From Takakia lepidozioides (Eukaryota; Plantae; Bryophyta): a DNA stretch of 64,000 nt. Below the pieces are notes generated by a model. The model was not told the origin of the DNA. It saw only the letters and a program-made list of their open reading frames with translations, and did no database searches. This document shows positions 52,393 to 64,000 of the stretch, in pieces; positions within the stretch are counted from its first letter, which is position 1; each line of letters opens with the position of its first letter. The translations under genes were made by a program, and so were the position numbers. The stretch is taken from the NCBI GenBank assembly GCA_030704615.1, contig CM060732.1, positions 12,152,001 to 12,216,000 on the forward strand, written 5' to 3'.

Positions 52393-53685
52393 GTGCTAAA
52401 CCCTCTTTGGGAGCCATACTCAATTTCTCAATAACATCAAAGTTACAGTAATAACTTTTTCAGGCTGTCTTTCAGGAAAGGCAGCGGTGGATCTTTAGGA
52501 GATACAGTCATTTCTGGCGAGTCTGTTTTCGACAGCCCCCTTTCCAATTTTCTGCTTCCTGTTTATGCCGAAGCAATGGCACTTCACGCGGCCAAGTCCC
52601 TATCCCCTGACTTTTTAGTGGCCAGCCGTAGGTGTATCCAACGTGGATCCGGTGTTCTAAAATACTTAGACTTAGATGCAGAGGAAGCGGTGATACATTG
52701 TACTGACTCTGAGTCAGGCTGAACTGTATTCTTTTAATATTCATTTTCATACTATCTGGAAAACGTTGAATCCCCTTCCTCCACCGTAGTTGTTCCTTTA
52801 GAACAAATAATAATCACATAATCAACTTTCATTTAAATTGCAATATGTATGAATCCATCTCACAAACCTCCCTGACTCTTCTCATATCCATTGTGCATTT
52901 ATCTACAGTGCCTACCACACTCATGTCATATACGTTGTGCATTCGTCTAAAGTTTAAGTCATGCATCTTCCTGTCATGAATGTTTTCCATTGTTCAACAT
53001 CCATTATACATTCATCCATTTGACTCTTATCCATCCCTCATTCATCCATCTACATTCATTTTTCACACTCATCCATCTGTTTATCATCCAACTGTACATT
53101 CATCCATCCTTTATTCATCTGTTGCTTTCAGGTGGGAATAACCACTGCCTTTTATTATGTCGTCCAGCTTGTTTCCGCGGTAAAGGGTGCCAATCTGCGG
53201 GAATACACTCCACTTCTTCCTGGGCGCGTGGTGACGCGGCCTTCAAGTGTGATGACGTGGAGTGAGCCCCGTGATGTGGCATTGGCGCAAGGTGACGTGG
53301 CGTGAGCGCAGTTGCGCTCACGTGCTCACGTGACCAGGCTCACGCCGAGGCATCCCTGCTTTTCTGGCACAACACAAACAAATTTGACTCGGGGTATCCT
53401 GTTGATTGGACTCGTGGGGCCGTTGCCGTCTTTCCATAATGGATGGCTTCATATCCTTTGCAGGGTTTGCTTTTCATCCAAACACAATACGGCTTCTTGT
53501 GGCTTCTTGTCTATGAAGACAATTTTTCTAGTTGGTGTCTCTCAGTGTGGCTGACTGCGGAGTTCGGTGCAGACTTTCGCCATGCATGTCATTCTTATAG
53601 AAGATTGTGAACCCCAAAATCCGTTGCATACATCGCCCGCAGTCTTTGGGATAGTGCTACCCTTATTCACCTCAGTTCGTTTGGG

Positions 53686-56600
53686 GTGGATCCCCTCTCG
53701 AGAATTACGGGCTATCAGTTCGGGGGACCCTTTGTGGATTGCAACTTTGGGTCAGGTAGTCTTCCATTGACTGCCACTGCAGATGACGATGTTTTTGCAG
53801 TTGTTCATGAGGATGAGCTGGTTACAGTGTTCCCTCTGGAATTGGGTTCTCTGCTTGTTCAAAAAGAGGTGTATGACGAGGATGGGAATTTGGATTCTGG
53901 GTACTTGTAGAAACCATTGGTTGGCGAGTGTGGGAAGAAGTGGAGAGTCCTTCCAGGCACATACCGGGTCCTTGGAAAAGAGAGAAGACAATCAGCAGGA
54001 TCAGTAGTTACCCCTGGCACTGCAACATCGGTCGTGCAGCAGAAGGGCACAGTTCATGTGAAACAAGAGGTGAGCACATCCACTACATTCGTGACTCTTT
54101 CAGACTCGTCCTCGGAGGATGTCTCTGAGATTCCTCTGCCAGTCCAGATGATGACGAATTGCAGGAGATAACGAGTGTCATTCCGAAATTGAGAGCCCTC
54201 GCAGTGGTGCCTGGGTGCAAGAGCGAACTGCGTTTTGTTGATTGGGAGTCCCTTCGGGTGCAGCGGTTCAATATGTGCTAGCAGAGTTTGACGGGGACAT
54301 TTTGTTTGAGCTCAACCCTCCCACGTCTTCTAGTGGACTAGCTGGGCTTCTATAGGGCATGGACAAGAAACATAACGGACACCCTTGGTGCAGGACAAAA
54401 ACATTGAACATCCACAACAACATTGGATTGAAATTTCGAAGGTCGGTTTGCGTTGGACATTGCAAGTGCTTGAATACTTCTTGCCCTTGCCTTAGAAACA
54501 GCTCTAAACCAAACGAAAGTGAGTGGGAAGGGGTGCCCTTGAATCCTTTCACACCAGGGCTTGCCCCTCCCAAGACCAATACTTTTGTGTGCAAGTTCTG
54601 CAAACTTGCTCTGTCCTGTGTTTCTGTGTGCCACACTCGTATGTACTAGGTGGCACACCGCTGGAAGACAATGACTCGTGCCTGCATTCATATGGGTACA
54701 CACGAGCATCTTGTGTTGAAGGGAAGTTGCAGGGATAGCGTGGACATCGCTAGAAATCTTCTGAAGCAGGAGTTCCACAATGCCCCTTGTGCAACACCTT
54801 CTGCAATAGCGCTTGCAGCTAGCAAGACATTCTTGGAAAAACACATATTGGGTGAAGGGGATGCGACACAACCAATGCTGGATGCAGATTTGCTTGGTGC
54901 AGTGATGGACCATTTCTACGTGTTGAGCTCTCCCAATATTCGAAACCAGGTGAATGCACTTAGAATGGGGGCAGGCATTGCTGGATTCATGGACAACATT
55001 ATGGACCTCAAACGGAGGAGTTGCTATGAATTCATTCAAAACAGTATCTTCCCTGGCCAGGGCTCGTCCAAGGTGTATTTGTTCAAGATGTCCACAGTGG
55101 GCGAAGGCAGTGGTGTGAGCATTGTCCGCCAAATGCAACTTGGAGGAGATTTGGGATGTTGGTTAATGTTTGATCACTGCAAACGGGTGAAGGGTTGGAC
55201 AACCATGGCGTGTCATGTGTACAATCCAGCGTACCAATGTGTGCTCTCCATAATAATTTGTGATATGCAGTCGGAGGACACTGAATCCCAAATGCTCATG
55301 TGGAATTCTCTCCAGGCCGTCATGCAGCGCAATGGAATGCAAAACACAAATTTTGCGAGGTTCATGGCTGATAGTGCACAGACAAATTTCAATGCAGTGC
55401 GGCGCGTGTTTGGTTCGGGGGATCCTAAGGTCCCAATGGAAAATAGGGAGCGCACATGCCTCTTCCATTGGAGTCAATCTCTGGCACGTCATACAAAGCG
55501 CTGCATTCGACCTGACCTTCAGTTGGAGCACAGAAGGCTCTGCCTCAAGTACAATATGCCACCTCAATGGGAGAAGCTGAGAGCACTTACCAAGTAATCC
55601 GGGCTTGGTGGTTCTCCTCTGATGCTGCTACTGGGATCCACCTGAAGGAGTTGGAGGACAGGTTGGTTTTCTGGCACTTCAGGTACAGACAGTGGGGAGC
55701 TTTCATGACGACGGTAAGCCTCTTCAATCCCATAAACACAAATTTCACTTTGCATCGTGCCTGTTCCTTTGGGGTTGTTGGATAGTCACTTGCAGAACCT
55801 CTTCCATTTCCTTTCGTTCCTCACATTTGCGTGCAAGGCCTCCTGCAGGACATGTCCTTGGAGGACTTGGCCGACATGCCTTCCTGTAATTTGGTGGAGA
55901 CTGTTCACAATGCCTGGATGCAGCAGTCTACCAAAGCAGGACGTGACTTGTATGTGGCCATTGCAGATGACATGGTGCGGGCACTTACACAACAAACCAG
56001 ATACCGTAATTTTCTGATGGGACGGGGCGGAGGCAAGGACCCTGATATGACTTTGTTGATGCTAAGGGTTGCGAGCAGGTCCGGAGACCCATCGAAGATG
56101 GCGAGAGCTCTGAACAGGTGCACTGAAGGCTCCCCTTTGCAATCCAGGGTCCCCCATTTGGAAGGCGAGGAAACATTTGGATCATGCAAAAGGAAATTGA
56201 ATACTCCTCCAGGGTCGGATGGAGATTCCCATCGGCCAGACATGGTCAATTTCTCTATACCAAAGGTGTCTCCGGTGCAGACTAAGTCATGTGCCCGCCC
56301 CTTCCCAGGTGGGTCCTCTTCCAGTGGAGCAGGTGCAAATCATGCAAGCACGACAGCAGGAATCCCATTGGAGGAGGTGGTGTCCTTGGTGCATGAATCT
56401 GATTGCATTGACAGTGAGTGGCATATAGATTACACCCCACCAGGATCTAGGGTGGCTTGCATGGCAATTCGGACCCCCTCTTTCAAGAAATGCAAATAAA
56501 AAATATGCAAAGGCTCCAGGGGGACTCCAGCTCCAACATTCACAGGGTTGTTCCGACCTTATCATAGTGGGGAGTCAAATGACCACAAGTTCTGGTTCTG

Positions 56601-57262
56601 CCCAGACGATATGGCACCATGCGTCAAGGGAACAGTTCGTCCTTCGGTGATAATGAAGCCCCCTCCGCTCGCAATTTGGCCTGTGAAACTTGGGACGTCG
56701 CTGTCATCAACCGAGATAAGCATGCTGGAAGAGGGAGGGTTCCGTCTTGCATGGTCCCGGGTGGTGCCCCCATGCACTCTGGGCACAGATGTGCCACATG
56801 CTCCGGCAATGCCTCCACCCGGTGCCGACTCCTACCCAACAAAAAGAGATGGAAAAACAGTGCGCCGTGTCGCTTCGGGTGCAGATCACGACTGCAAGAT
56901 GGAATCGGCTAGAATTTTTGCAGGCTCGGGTGACTCGTATCACCGAAGTCCCTGCCCCGGGGTATGGACGGATTTACACAGTGTTGTCTACTGGCTCAGT
57001 TCTTCATGGCAAAGAATATCAGGTTACCGTGGGGAATTTCCCTGCATGCACTTGTCCGGATTTTGTAACGATGCGTGAGGGCGCTCTCGGCATGAGAGGG
57101 AAGTGGGTCCCCTGCAAGCATCAATATTATATATACCTTATAATTATGTGCTGCGATGGTAAGAGAGACCAATTCATTCACCAAGCCACACTAGGCTATG
57201 GAGAAGTCATCACTCTTCTGCAGCGGGACACCTGCCGTGGGGCTCCGCCAGATTCTCTGTGA
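53686..57262 (+). pseudogene. GCM-like/DDE/SWIM transposase, copy 2 (diverged paralogue); intron 55714-55848
   Basis: Collinear with copy 1: NGHPWCRTKT, LMFDHCKR, FMADSAQT, CLFHW, CNLVETVHNAW, CTCPDF..CKH. The intron is at the same position. Stops and frameshifts present. Start is approximate. Confidence 0.82.
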
Positions 57263-57607
57263 ACAGAATCGAGCCATGCCCACTTCCCGTGCTGGTTTCC
57301 AGCTTATCGTGTGGAGTCTTTGCATGTAGCACAAACACATACATTTCGTTCGCGGAACCAAGGCAATTGCACATGCCATTCATTGTAGGCGTCTTTCTCT
57401 GAATTGAAATAAAGTGTGACGATCATTCTGAGCTCAAATCTGCCATATGTTCATATTCCTCTTTTTGTGCAGACATTGCAAACATGGTGCATGGTGGCCC
57501 CTTTGTTTTGTCCACGTTTGTCCACAGTAATAGGCCCTCTTCCTGCAATCCTTGCCTATAGGGCCTGCTTCTCCAGCAACATTGGTGCCGCTCACACTTC
57601 CCTGAAG

Positions 57608-57691
57608 CATGAGCTCAGCTCACGCTTTGCAGCTACAACGTGAGCTCAGCTCCCAGGCTCACGGGGCTGGGCTCACGCCGTAGCTACGTTG
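57608..57691 (-). repeat. TIR and subterminal repeats of transposon copy 2
   Basis: Reverse complement caacgtagctacggcgtgagc matches 41889-41909 at 17/21 positions; several gctcacg/cgtgagc motifs. Confidence 0.75.
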
Positions 57692-57849
57692 TGCCCTATG
57701 TAATCCACTAACCCATATTTCAGATTTGCATCAACTGCTACTAACAGACAAAGGGCCTGCTGCCTCTTTATGTGATTAGATTATTGTGTCCTTGGCAGAT
57801 GCAATTCAAAATTTTGAAGAAAAGCAGAGTACTTCATAAGAAAGTCTTT

Positions 57850-59165
57850 TTTTTTGCCTCGGTTGTCCCACCATTGACTGGGGTCAAGAAAGTATTCATT
57901 CCATAGTTTCTCCTCGTCTTTGTTACCTGTTTCTGGATACTTTTTTGTTGTCACATTGGCAGTATCATGTCAAACTAGTCACTCCAAACTATCAAAGATT
58001 CACTCAACCAGCTAACTTGCATAATCCAACATGAAAATTTAGGGCCGATTCTGATAAGAGGGGAAAACAGGGTGAAATGTGTTGAAGAATGCCTTGATTA
58101 GCAGTGCCTGATTTTATCAATTGTGCCGCTGCTGCTGCGGCTTCCAGTTGACCATCTACCCATGCAGGTTTCTTGTAGCTATCCTTCCACAGGGAATCAT
58201 AGGTAATCTCGAGCTTGAAATCCGGCCCTCTTGGATGAATCTGGACCCACACTCTATCCCTGCTCCTTCAGCTATCCATGCCTCTGCACAAATCATGCAT
58301 ACATCCTTGCCTTGCTGCTAGCAGCTGACAATGACAGCCTAGAATTGTTCCAGCAAACACCCCAACCCTACTTATCACACTAGTTCCTATGTTGACTTGC
58401 ATCTGCTTCCAACAGGCATGATTCACCTTTTTGCCTCGATTGTTCCACCATTGACTAGGGTCAGGAACGTATTCATTCCAAAGCTTTTCCTCGTCTTTTT
58501 GTTATCTGTTTTTCGATTCTTTCACGTTGCCACATTGGCAGTAACATGTCAAAAATATCACTCCAAAACCACCATAGATCCACCAACGAACTAACTTCCA
58601 GAATTCAACATGAAATTTAGGGATGACTATGATAACAGAGAAAAACAGGTTGAAATGTGTTGAAGAAGGTGCCTTCATTAGCAGTGCCTTGTTCTATCAA
58701 TTGTGCTGATGCCGCTACTGTTTCCAGTTGACCATGATCTACCCATGCAAATTTATTGTAGCTATGGATCCACAGGGAATCAGAAGTAATCTTGTATTTG
58801 AAATCCGGCCCTCTTGGATGAATCTGGTCCTCTATCGCTGGTCCTTCAGCTATCCCTGCCTGTGTACAAATCATGAATACATCCTTGGCCTTGCTGCTAG
58901 CAGCTGACACTGACGACTTGAAGTACCCCAACCCTACTTATTATAGTAGTTCCAATTCTGAATTGCATTTGTTTCTCTCTATAATCCAACAGGCATTCAC
59001 GTTTTTGTCTTCATTGTCCCACCATTGACTGGGGTCGGAAAAGTGTTCATTCCAAAGCTTCTCCTCATATCTGATATCTGTTTGTGGATACCACAGATCC
59101 ACCCAACGAGCTAACTTACAGAATTCTCAAGGCCGAGTCTGATGAGAGGGCAAAACAAGCTGAAA
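57850..59165. repeat. Degenerate tandem array, ~570 bp unit, about 2.3 copies, homologous to 40120-40200 and 41699-41888
   Basis: Shared blocks ccaccattgactggggtc and tgaaatgtgttgaagaa...gcagtgcct...atcaattgtgc. Confidence 0.85.
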
Positions 59166-59294
59166 TAGGCTCGGCATATCCTGCGATTGTCGCATTCCAC
59201 GACACCACATTTCGTTCAGCCACATTGTCAAACATTCCCTTTGCATCTTCCATGTGCACCCACATTTCGCATATATGTCCACCAGGGCAGTGTC
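59165..59294 (-). pseudogene. PPR motif fragment
   Basis: DTALVDIYAKCG...NVVSWNATIAGYAE, across a frameshift. Confidence 0.75.
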
Positions 59295-62040
59295 CAGCCC
59301 GTTTATCAGCGTCACGTTCGTCTGTCAGCGTCAGGTCACGTCAGACCTGACGCTGACGGGACCTCCGTCACGACAGATTCGGGGAATATTCTGATAAAAA
59401 TAGTACCGAGTAAAATACTGCCACTAAGCAGCCATGTCGCCGACACGGTGGCGGTGGCAAATACATTTTGAAAATTTACAAAATGAACGCGATCGCCAAT
59501 TATGGCGGTCGCTTTGTTTTTCGAAATTAAAAAAGAAATAGCGACCAGCGTATTGGCGGTCACTTCAATTTATTTATTTTTAAAAGCAAGATTGGCAGTC
59601 ACACTGGCGGTCGCCTTATTTTTCGAAATTAAAAAAAAATAGCGACCGCCATATTGGCGGTCGCTTCAATTTATTTTTAAACAAAAGCAAGATTGGCGGT
59701 CGCATTGCCGGTCGCCTAATTTAAAAAAGAAAACAATCGACTGCCGTATTGGCAGTCGCACAATTTTGCAAATATATACAGAACAAGCGACCGCCATATA
59801 ATTTCAAATATATATATAAAAGAAAACAAGCGACCGCCATTTAGCGGTCGCTTAATTTCAGAAATATATAGAAAAACAAACGACCGCCATATGGCGATCG
59901 GTAAATTTAAAATTATATAAAAACACAAGCGACGTATGAAAATAAAAGCGACCGCCACACCGGTGGTTGCTTATTTTAAAATAATACAATATTTGTGACC
60001 GCCAAACCAGCGGTCGCTTTAATTTAATAATATATAAAATAAAAGCGACCGCCAACCTGGAGGTCGCTTAAACTTGAATATATAAAAATTAAAAGCGACC
60101 ATGGCGGTCGTTTTTTTTTTAAAATATTAAGAATAAAAACGACCACCATAGGTCGCTTTATTTTAAATATATAAACAAATGAAGCGACCGCCATACCGGC
60201 AGTCGCATTATATTTTGAAATAAAAAACAATAGCAACCGCTATACGGGCGGTCGTTAAGCGCTTAAATTTAAAAATATACAAAATAGAAGTGACCGCAAT
60301 ATTGCATAAAATGAAAGGAAATAAAAGCGACCGCAATAGTGGCGGTCGCTTGTTTTTCATAAAAAATAAAAATAACGACCGCAGTATTAGCGGTCGCTTA
60401 ATTTCAAAATTATAACAAATATGGTTGTACCGCTTTTTTCAGGTGGGCGGTATTGGTTCGTCATTTATTCATTTCACTTTCATTTCATTTTCATCGTTCA
60501 TGGATTATATATAAGGGAGCAGAGTCATGAAGCTCCTCACTTTTTTCAGCGCAAACACTTGAGGTTGCTTTGGATGTTTTCTTCCATTGAACGAGAGTGT
60601 AGCCCAAGAGGAGGGTGCGCACATTTTGCCTTGTGGCTTCTACCAAAGCCACTTCAGCAGATTGTGTATAAGCTCAACACTACAACCCACATCGACCCAC
60701 TTGGGTTGCTGACAGGTGTAGAAGTGTTGGGCTATCGCATTGCACTCTACATTCACAACACGTTCATTTATTGGTGACTGTTTTTTGTTGCTACATCGCT
60801 AGGGCCCAGGGGAGTGGATATTGGGTGAAGATGAGGGAGGAATGGAGCCCTTGGTATACGGCAATCCCGAACATTGTCAGTGCCATTGGTAGTGTTGAGT
60901 GCAACCTATGTGGATTAAAGCCTTTCTTATCGTAAGGATCGGTTGCTCGCTCACTCGGCTATAGAGGTGTGAAGAGCGCTGAGGTGGATTTATGCCCTAA
61001 AGCATCTATGTGGGTAAAAAGCCACTTTGCCCAGTGTGGAGGCAATATTCCAATGTCTCTGGATCTGGACATGACCTCTGAGCAGAACACTTCATCTTCC
61101 CGTCAGGATGCCCCAATTAGTACCCAGGGCGACTTTTGTGAGGCTTCAGGTGTCCTTTGACAAGTGGGTTGTGCCGGAGCAACACCTGCTTCAACACCTC
61201 TTTGTACCCCTACATTTCAATGGAGTAGAGGATTACGACAACAATCTATACAGGAAGGTCTTAACTTGTCTGCGAAAAGACAGTTGGATAAAAAATGGAC
61301 GCAGTTTTTCTTCGAGGCCAACATACCATTTAATGTGGCAAGGCTTCCGGCATTTGTTTCTGCCGTTAAAACAATCTTGGAGTCCAGATCCACGTACGTG
61401 CCTCCGACTTATCACAATCTCCGTACAAGATTGCTAGAAGAAGTCATGACCGAGCTTACCCAAAATGTCAACAATAGAACGGACGAGTGCATCAGAAAAT
61501 AGCACGAACCCGAATACAGCCTCCGGAATCCAGACGAAACTTGTTTTGTCACTAACTTCTTGATGATGGATCGGTTGGTGATGGTGAAGAACAGTCTGGA
61601 GCACACCATCATCGATCCTCAATGGGATGCGTACACACAGACATTGCGGGACTCCAAAAAAGCCAAGTCATTGGGCAAAAGTCAAAAAGTTCGGAATAGC
61701 ATTCGCAGCGATGATTTCTGGAAGAAATGTGAAAACTTTGTTTATATGGTAGAACCGGTGTTAATCGTCTTGCGGGAGTTTGATGGAAAGTAACCAGTAA
61801 TGGGCAAGACATGATTACTAATGCAAAATCTTGAGAAGCACGTCCAATCCTTGAGGCATCATCCATTCTCATTGGAACCTGAACTTGCGGACAGTGCTTT
61901 GGATGTATTTTACGACTGTCATTCGATGGTTCGAACGGACTTGCATTATGCGGGGGCTTTGCTCAATCCATTATTGCTTGACAATACCATGCTCCGAGAA
62001 GACGCTGATGCCAAGGCCAGCCTCGTGCGAGTGCTCATGT
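59295..62040 (+). mobile_element. hAT transposon relic: 5' end, GCGACCGCC subterminal array (about 59480-60400) and internally deleted transposase
   Basis: Begins CAGCCCG where the PPR fragment breaks. BED-like CNLCG...RLLAH near 60900; DUF659-type FFFEANIPFNVAR...YVPPTYHNLRTRLL; FWKKC..VEPVLIVLREFDG; LHYAGALLNP. Confidence 0.85.
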
Positions 62041-64000
62041 CACTACAACAGATGAACGTTTTTATGACTTCACATATAACTATTTTTTCAGTCTTATATG
62101 CGTTCATGACTACATCACTCTGTAGTGAAAAAAACCATGTCATAGCGACTAGTCTTTAGGACTGCGTTTTGCAAGTCATATCCGTGACCGCTTGCATGGC
62201 ACCTGGAGTCCTACTGCAGAGAGGGTTGCAGTCACAACTATATGACTAATATATGACTACATTGTCTGTTGAGCGCTGCCTACATGGAGAGGCTTCAGCG
62301 GGACACGTGCGTCACTGCGCAAGCGACACATCATGCATTCGTCAGGGGATCATATGACTATATGTCTGCAAAGTGAGGCCTACATGGAGAGGCGATGGAT
62401 GGACACGTGCTCCACTGCGAATTTGACATGTCACGACTTCTTGCCATGATTATATGACTACATGTCTGCATAGTGATGCCTACATGGATAGGCACTAGCG
62501 GGACACGTGTGCTATGGCAGATTTCACACGTGGTGACTACATGACTCGCTCATATGACTATATGGATGTCTATATGGAGAGTTGTTAGCGGGACACCTGT
62601 TGTACTTGAGATGTAACATGTGACACACAGACAAAATATATGACTAGCATATATGACTACGGATCTTTATACGTGGTGAAAATTTGGATAAAGAATGTCG
62701 TGTCATATACTGCCACGTGTTCTGGTTTGAGCAGGTGTGATGCCACATGTCATCATGATTGTTTTTCGAAATAGTTTATATTTTTAATGTTTATATTTTA
62801 GTTTTTAGTTTTCATTTAATATTTAAAAATACATGAGGATTGCAGCCTTGGAAAACTTTATTAAATGGTATTATTTTAATAATATTATTTAAAATAAAAG
62901 TGGATTAAATGATTTAAATTCTTTATTACATGGTGAAATTCCAACCTGAAAACAGAATGGAACCCTCCTGCATACTATCAACCACAAGGAGAATGAAAAT
63001 AGTCAACTACAGGGGAATACAAGCCCTATAAATCACATTACAAAAATCCAAATGAGACCAATGTCCCAATGGACACCTCAAAGGCCACAAGGTCAAAAAA
63101 TCCATGCCTCAAAAGGCCCAGCAAAAAACAAGCAAGCCCACATATGGGCTGAATTGTTGTAGCTAGTATGTTCTGGTGCTATTAGAATCGAGAATTCTGT
63201 TAAACAGTGCAATACTGACTATCCTTTCCGCGGCTCCATAAGTTTCAGTAACTTTAGACTCCAAAGTGTTGTCTGGCCAACCACCTGCCCCAACTCGGTA
63301 TGTTTCCTAACACCATTCACATATGGTAGAGGGGTGTTACTGACACATGCCTCTTTGATGTACACACAGGCATAATCAAGGGGCACAACGGGGTACCCGT
63401 AACCCACCACAGCACCTTGAAGAGCAACAATCAGCCCTACTCCAACTTTCTTGCGTTTTGAGTTCACATCCAACAGCCGAACCTCGTCACCCACCCTGAA
63501 CTGTGATCCCAATTCCACACAAAAAAAAACACGATGTGAAAACCCATGACATGCACACGACTAGGACACTCAACATTTCCGAATTAAAGAGAGCCCCCAG
63601 GGTGGAAAAAATAAAACAAACAAGACAAGGGCCTTTGCAGTCTCGAGTGGTTGTGAGACCTCTTTTGGGGGGCTACTCGCCGGGTCGACACTCTTGCCCC
63701 TGGTCTGTACCGGCTTGTCGACAATATCACCTTTGTTTGTCACAAGTTCCTGTGTCACAGACCAGAGAACAACCAGGAAAGCAATGAGCAAACAGGAATA
63801 GTGAATAGAAAACAAAATCCAAGTATGAATCAAACAAAAAAAACCAACATGAAAACTTGCAAAATCACCTTGCATTAATCAAGCAACCGAGGAGAAGCAT
63901 CCAGGAAAGCAATGCAATGAGTGAACCCACAAAACTTGTAGCCTCTGGAGCACTGTCAGAATGTTTGTACCTTCACTATAGCAGTGTTGTATGGTTGTTG
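62041..64000 (-). mobile_element. CACTA element terminus inserted into the hAT; runs off the window
   Basis: CACTACAACAG at 62041, where the hAT homology ends; atatgacta subterminal repeats to about 62660. Confidence 0.8.
63219..63518 (-). CDS. Probable last exon of a CACTA accessory (TnpA/Tnp1-like) protein
   Basis: VGDEVRLL...VGVGLIV...YACVYIKE..NTPLPY...LGQVVGQTTLW resembles the C-terminal domain of En/Spm ORF2 proteins; it points toward the CACTA end. Confidence 0.55.
   Translation of the reverse strand: MELGSQFRVGDEVRLLDVNSKRKKVGVGLIVALQGAVVGYGYPVVPLDYACVYIKEACVSNTPLPYVNGVRKHTELGQVVGQTTLWSLKLLKLMEPRKG

Larger units (their letters stand above)
41889..53358. mobile_element. Mutator-like DNA transposon carrying a ParB-like/amino-methyltransferase passenger gene
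   Basis: Imperfect ~55 bp TIRs: left caacgacgcaatggcgtgagcgttgcacgtgagcgcgcgagcg; right, reverse-complemented, cagggatgcctcggcgtgagcctggtcacgtgagcacgtgagcg. They enclose two divergent genes. No clear TSD. Confidence 0.78.

Noticed and set aside
41886-53363. 3 bp TSD (TTT) if the TIRs are extended by AG/CT
   Set aside because: The AG belongs to the interrupted repeat (tttag in sister copies), and that repeat does not resume on the right. TTT is too short to trust.
59480-60400. GCGACCGCC repeats as a CRISPR or iteron array
   Set aside because: They are short, in mixed orientation and lead into a hAT transposase relic, so they are subterminal repeats.
62041-62127. 87 bp mini-CACTA (cactaca...tgtagtg)
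   Set aside because: The flanks tgt/aaa give no TSD, and the subterminal repeats continue to about 62660, so it is part of a larger element.

Overview
Repeat-dense eukaryotic DNA, probably from a seedless land plant (inferred from GT-AG introns, PLS-type PPR relics, a chromovirus and a half-tRNA-primed copia). One apparently intact host gene lies at 17694-22960 (8 exons, uncharacterised coiled-coil family). Nearly all the rest is nested or decayed transposons: L1-like and other LINEs, a complete but disabled Ty3/gypsy chromovirus (8940-14847, TSD GTGGC), a truncated Ty1/copia, two CACTA ends and hAT relics. The most striking object is an 11.5 kb TIR-bounded DNA transposon (41889-53358). It encodes a GCM-like/DDE/SWIM (Mutator-like) transposase and, divergently, an intron-containing passenger gene that fuses a ParB/Srx-like domain to a prokaryote-type beta-class amino-(N4C/N6A) DNA methyltransferase fold. 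A diverged sister transposase with its own TIR abuts it in the opposite orientation (about 53686-57691). A separate LINE relic (about 6060-7340) carries a chromodomain and a PCIF1-like methyltransferase fragment. All domain calls come from reading motifs by eye; no searches were run. These TE copies carry stops and frameshifts.
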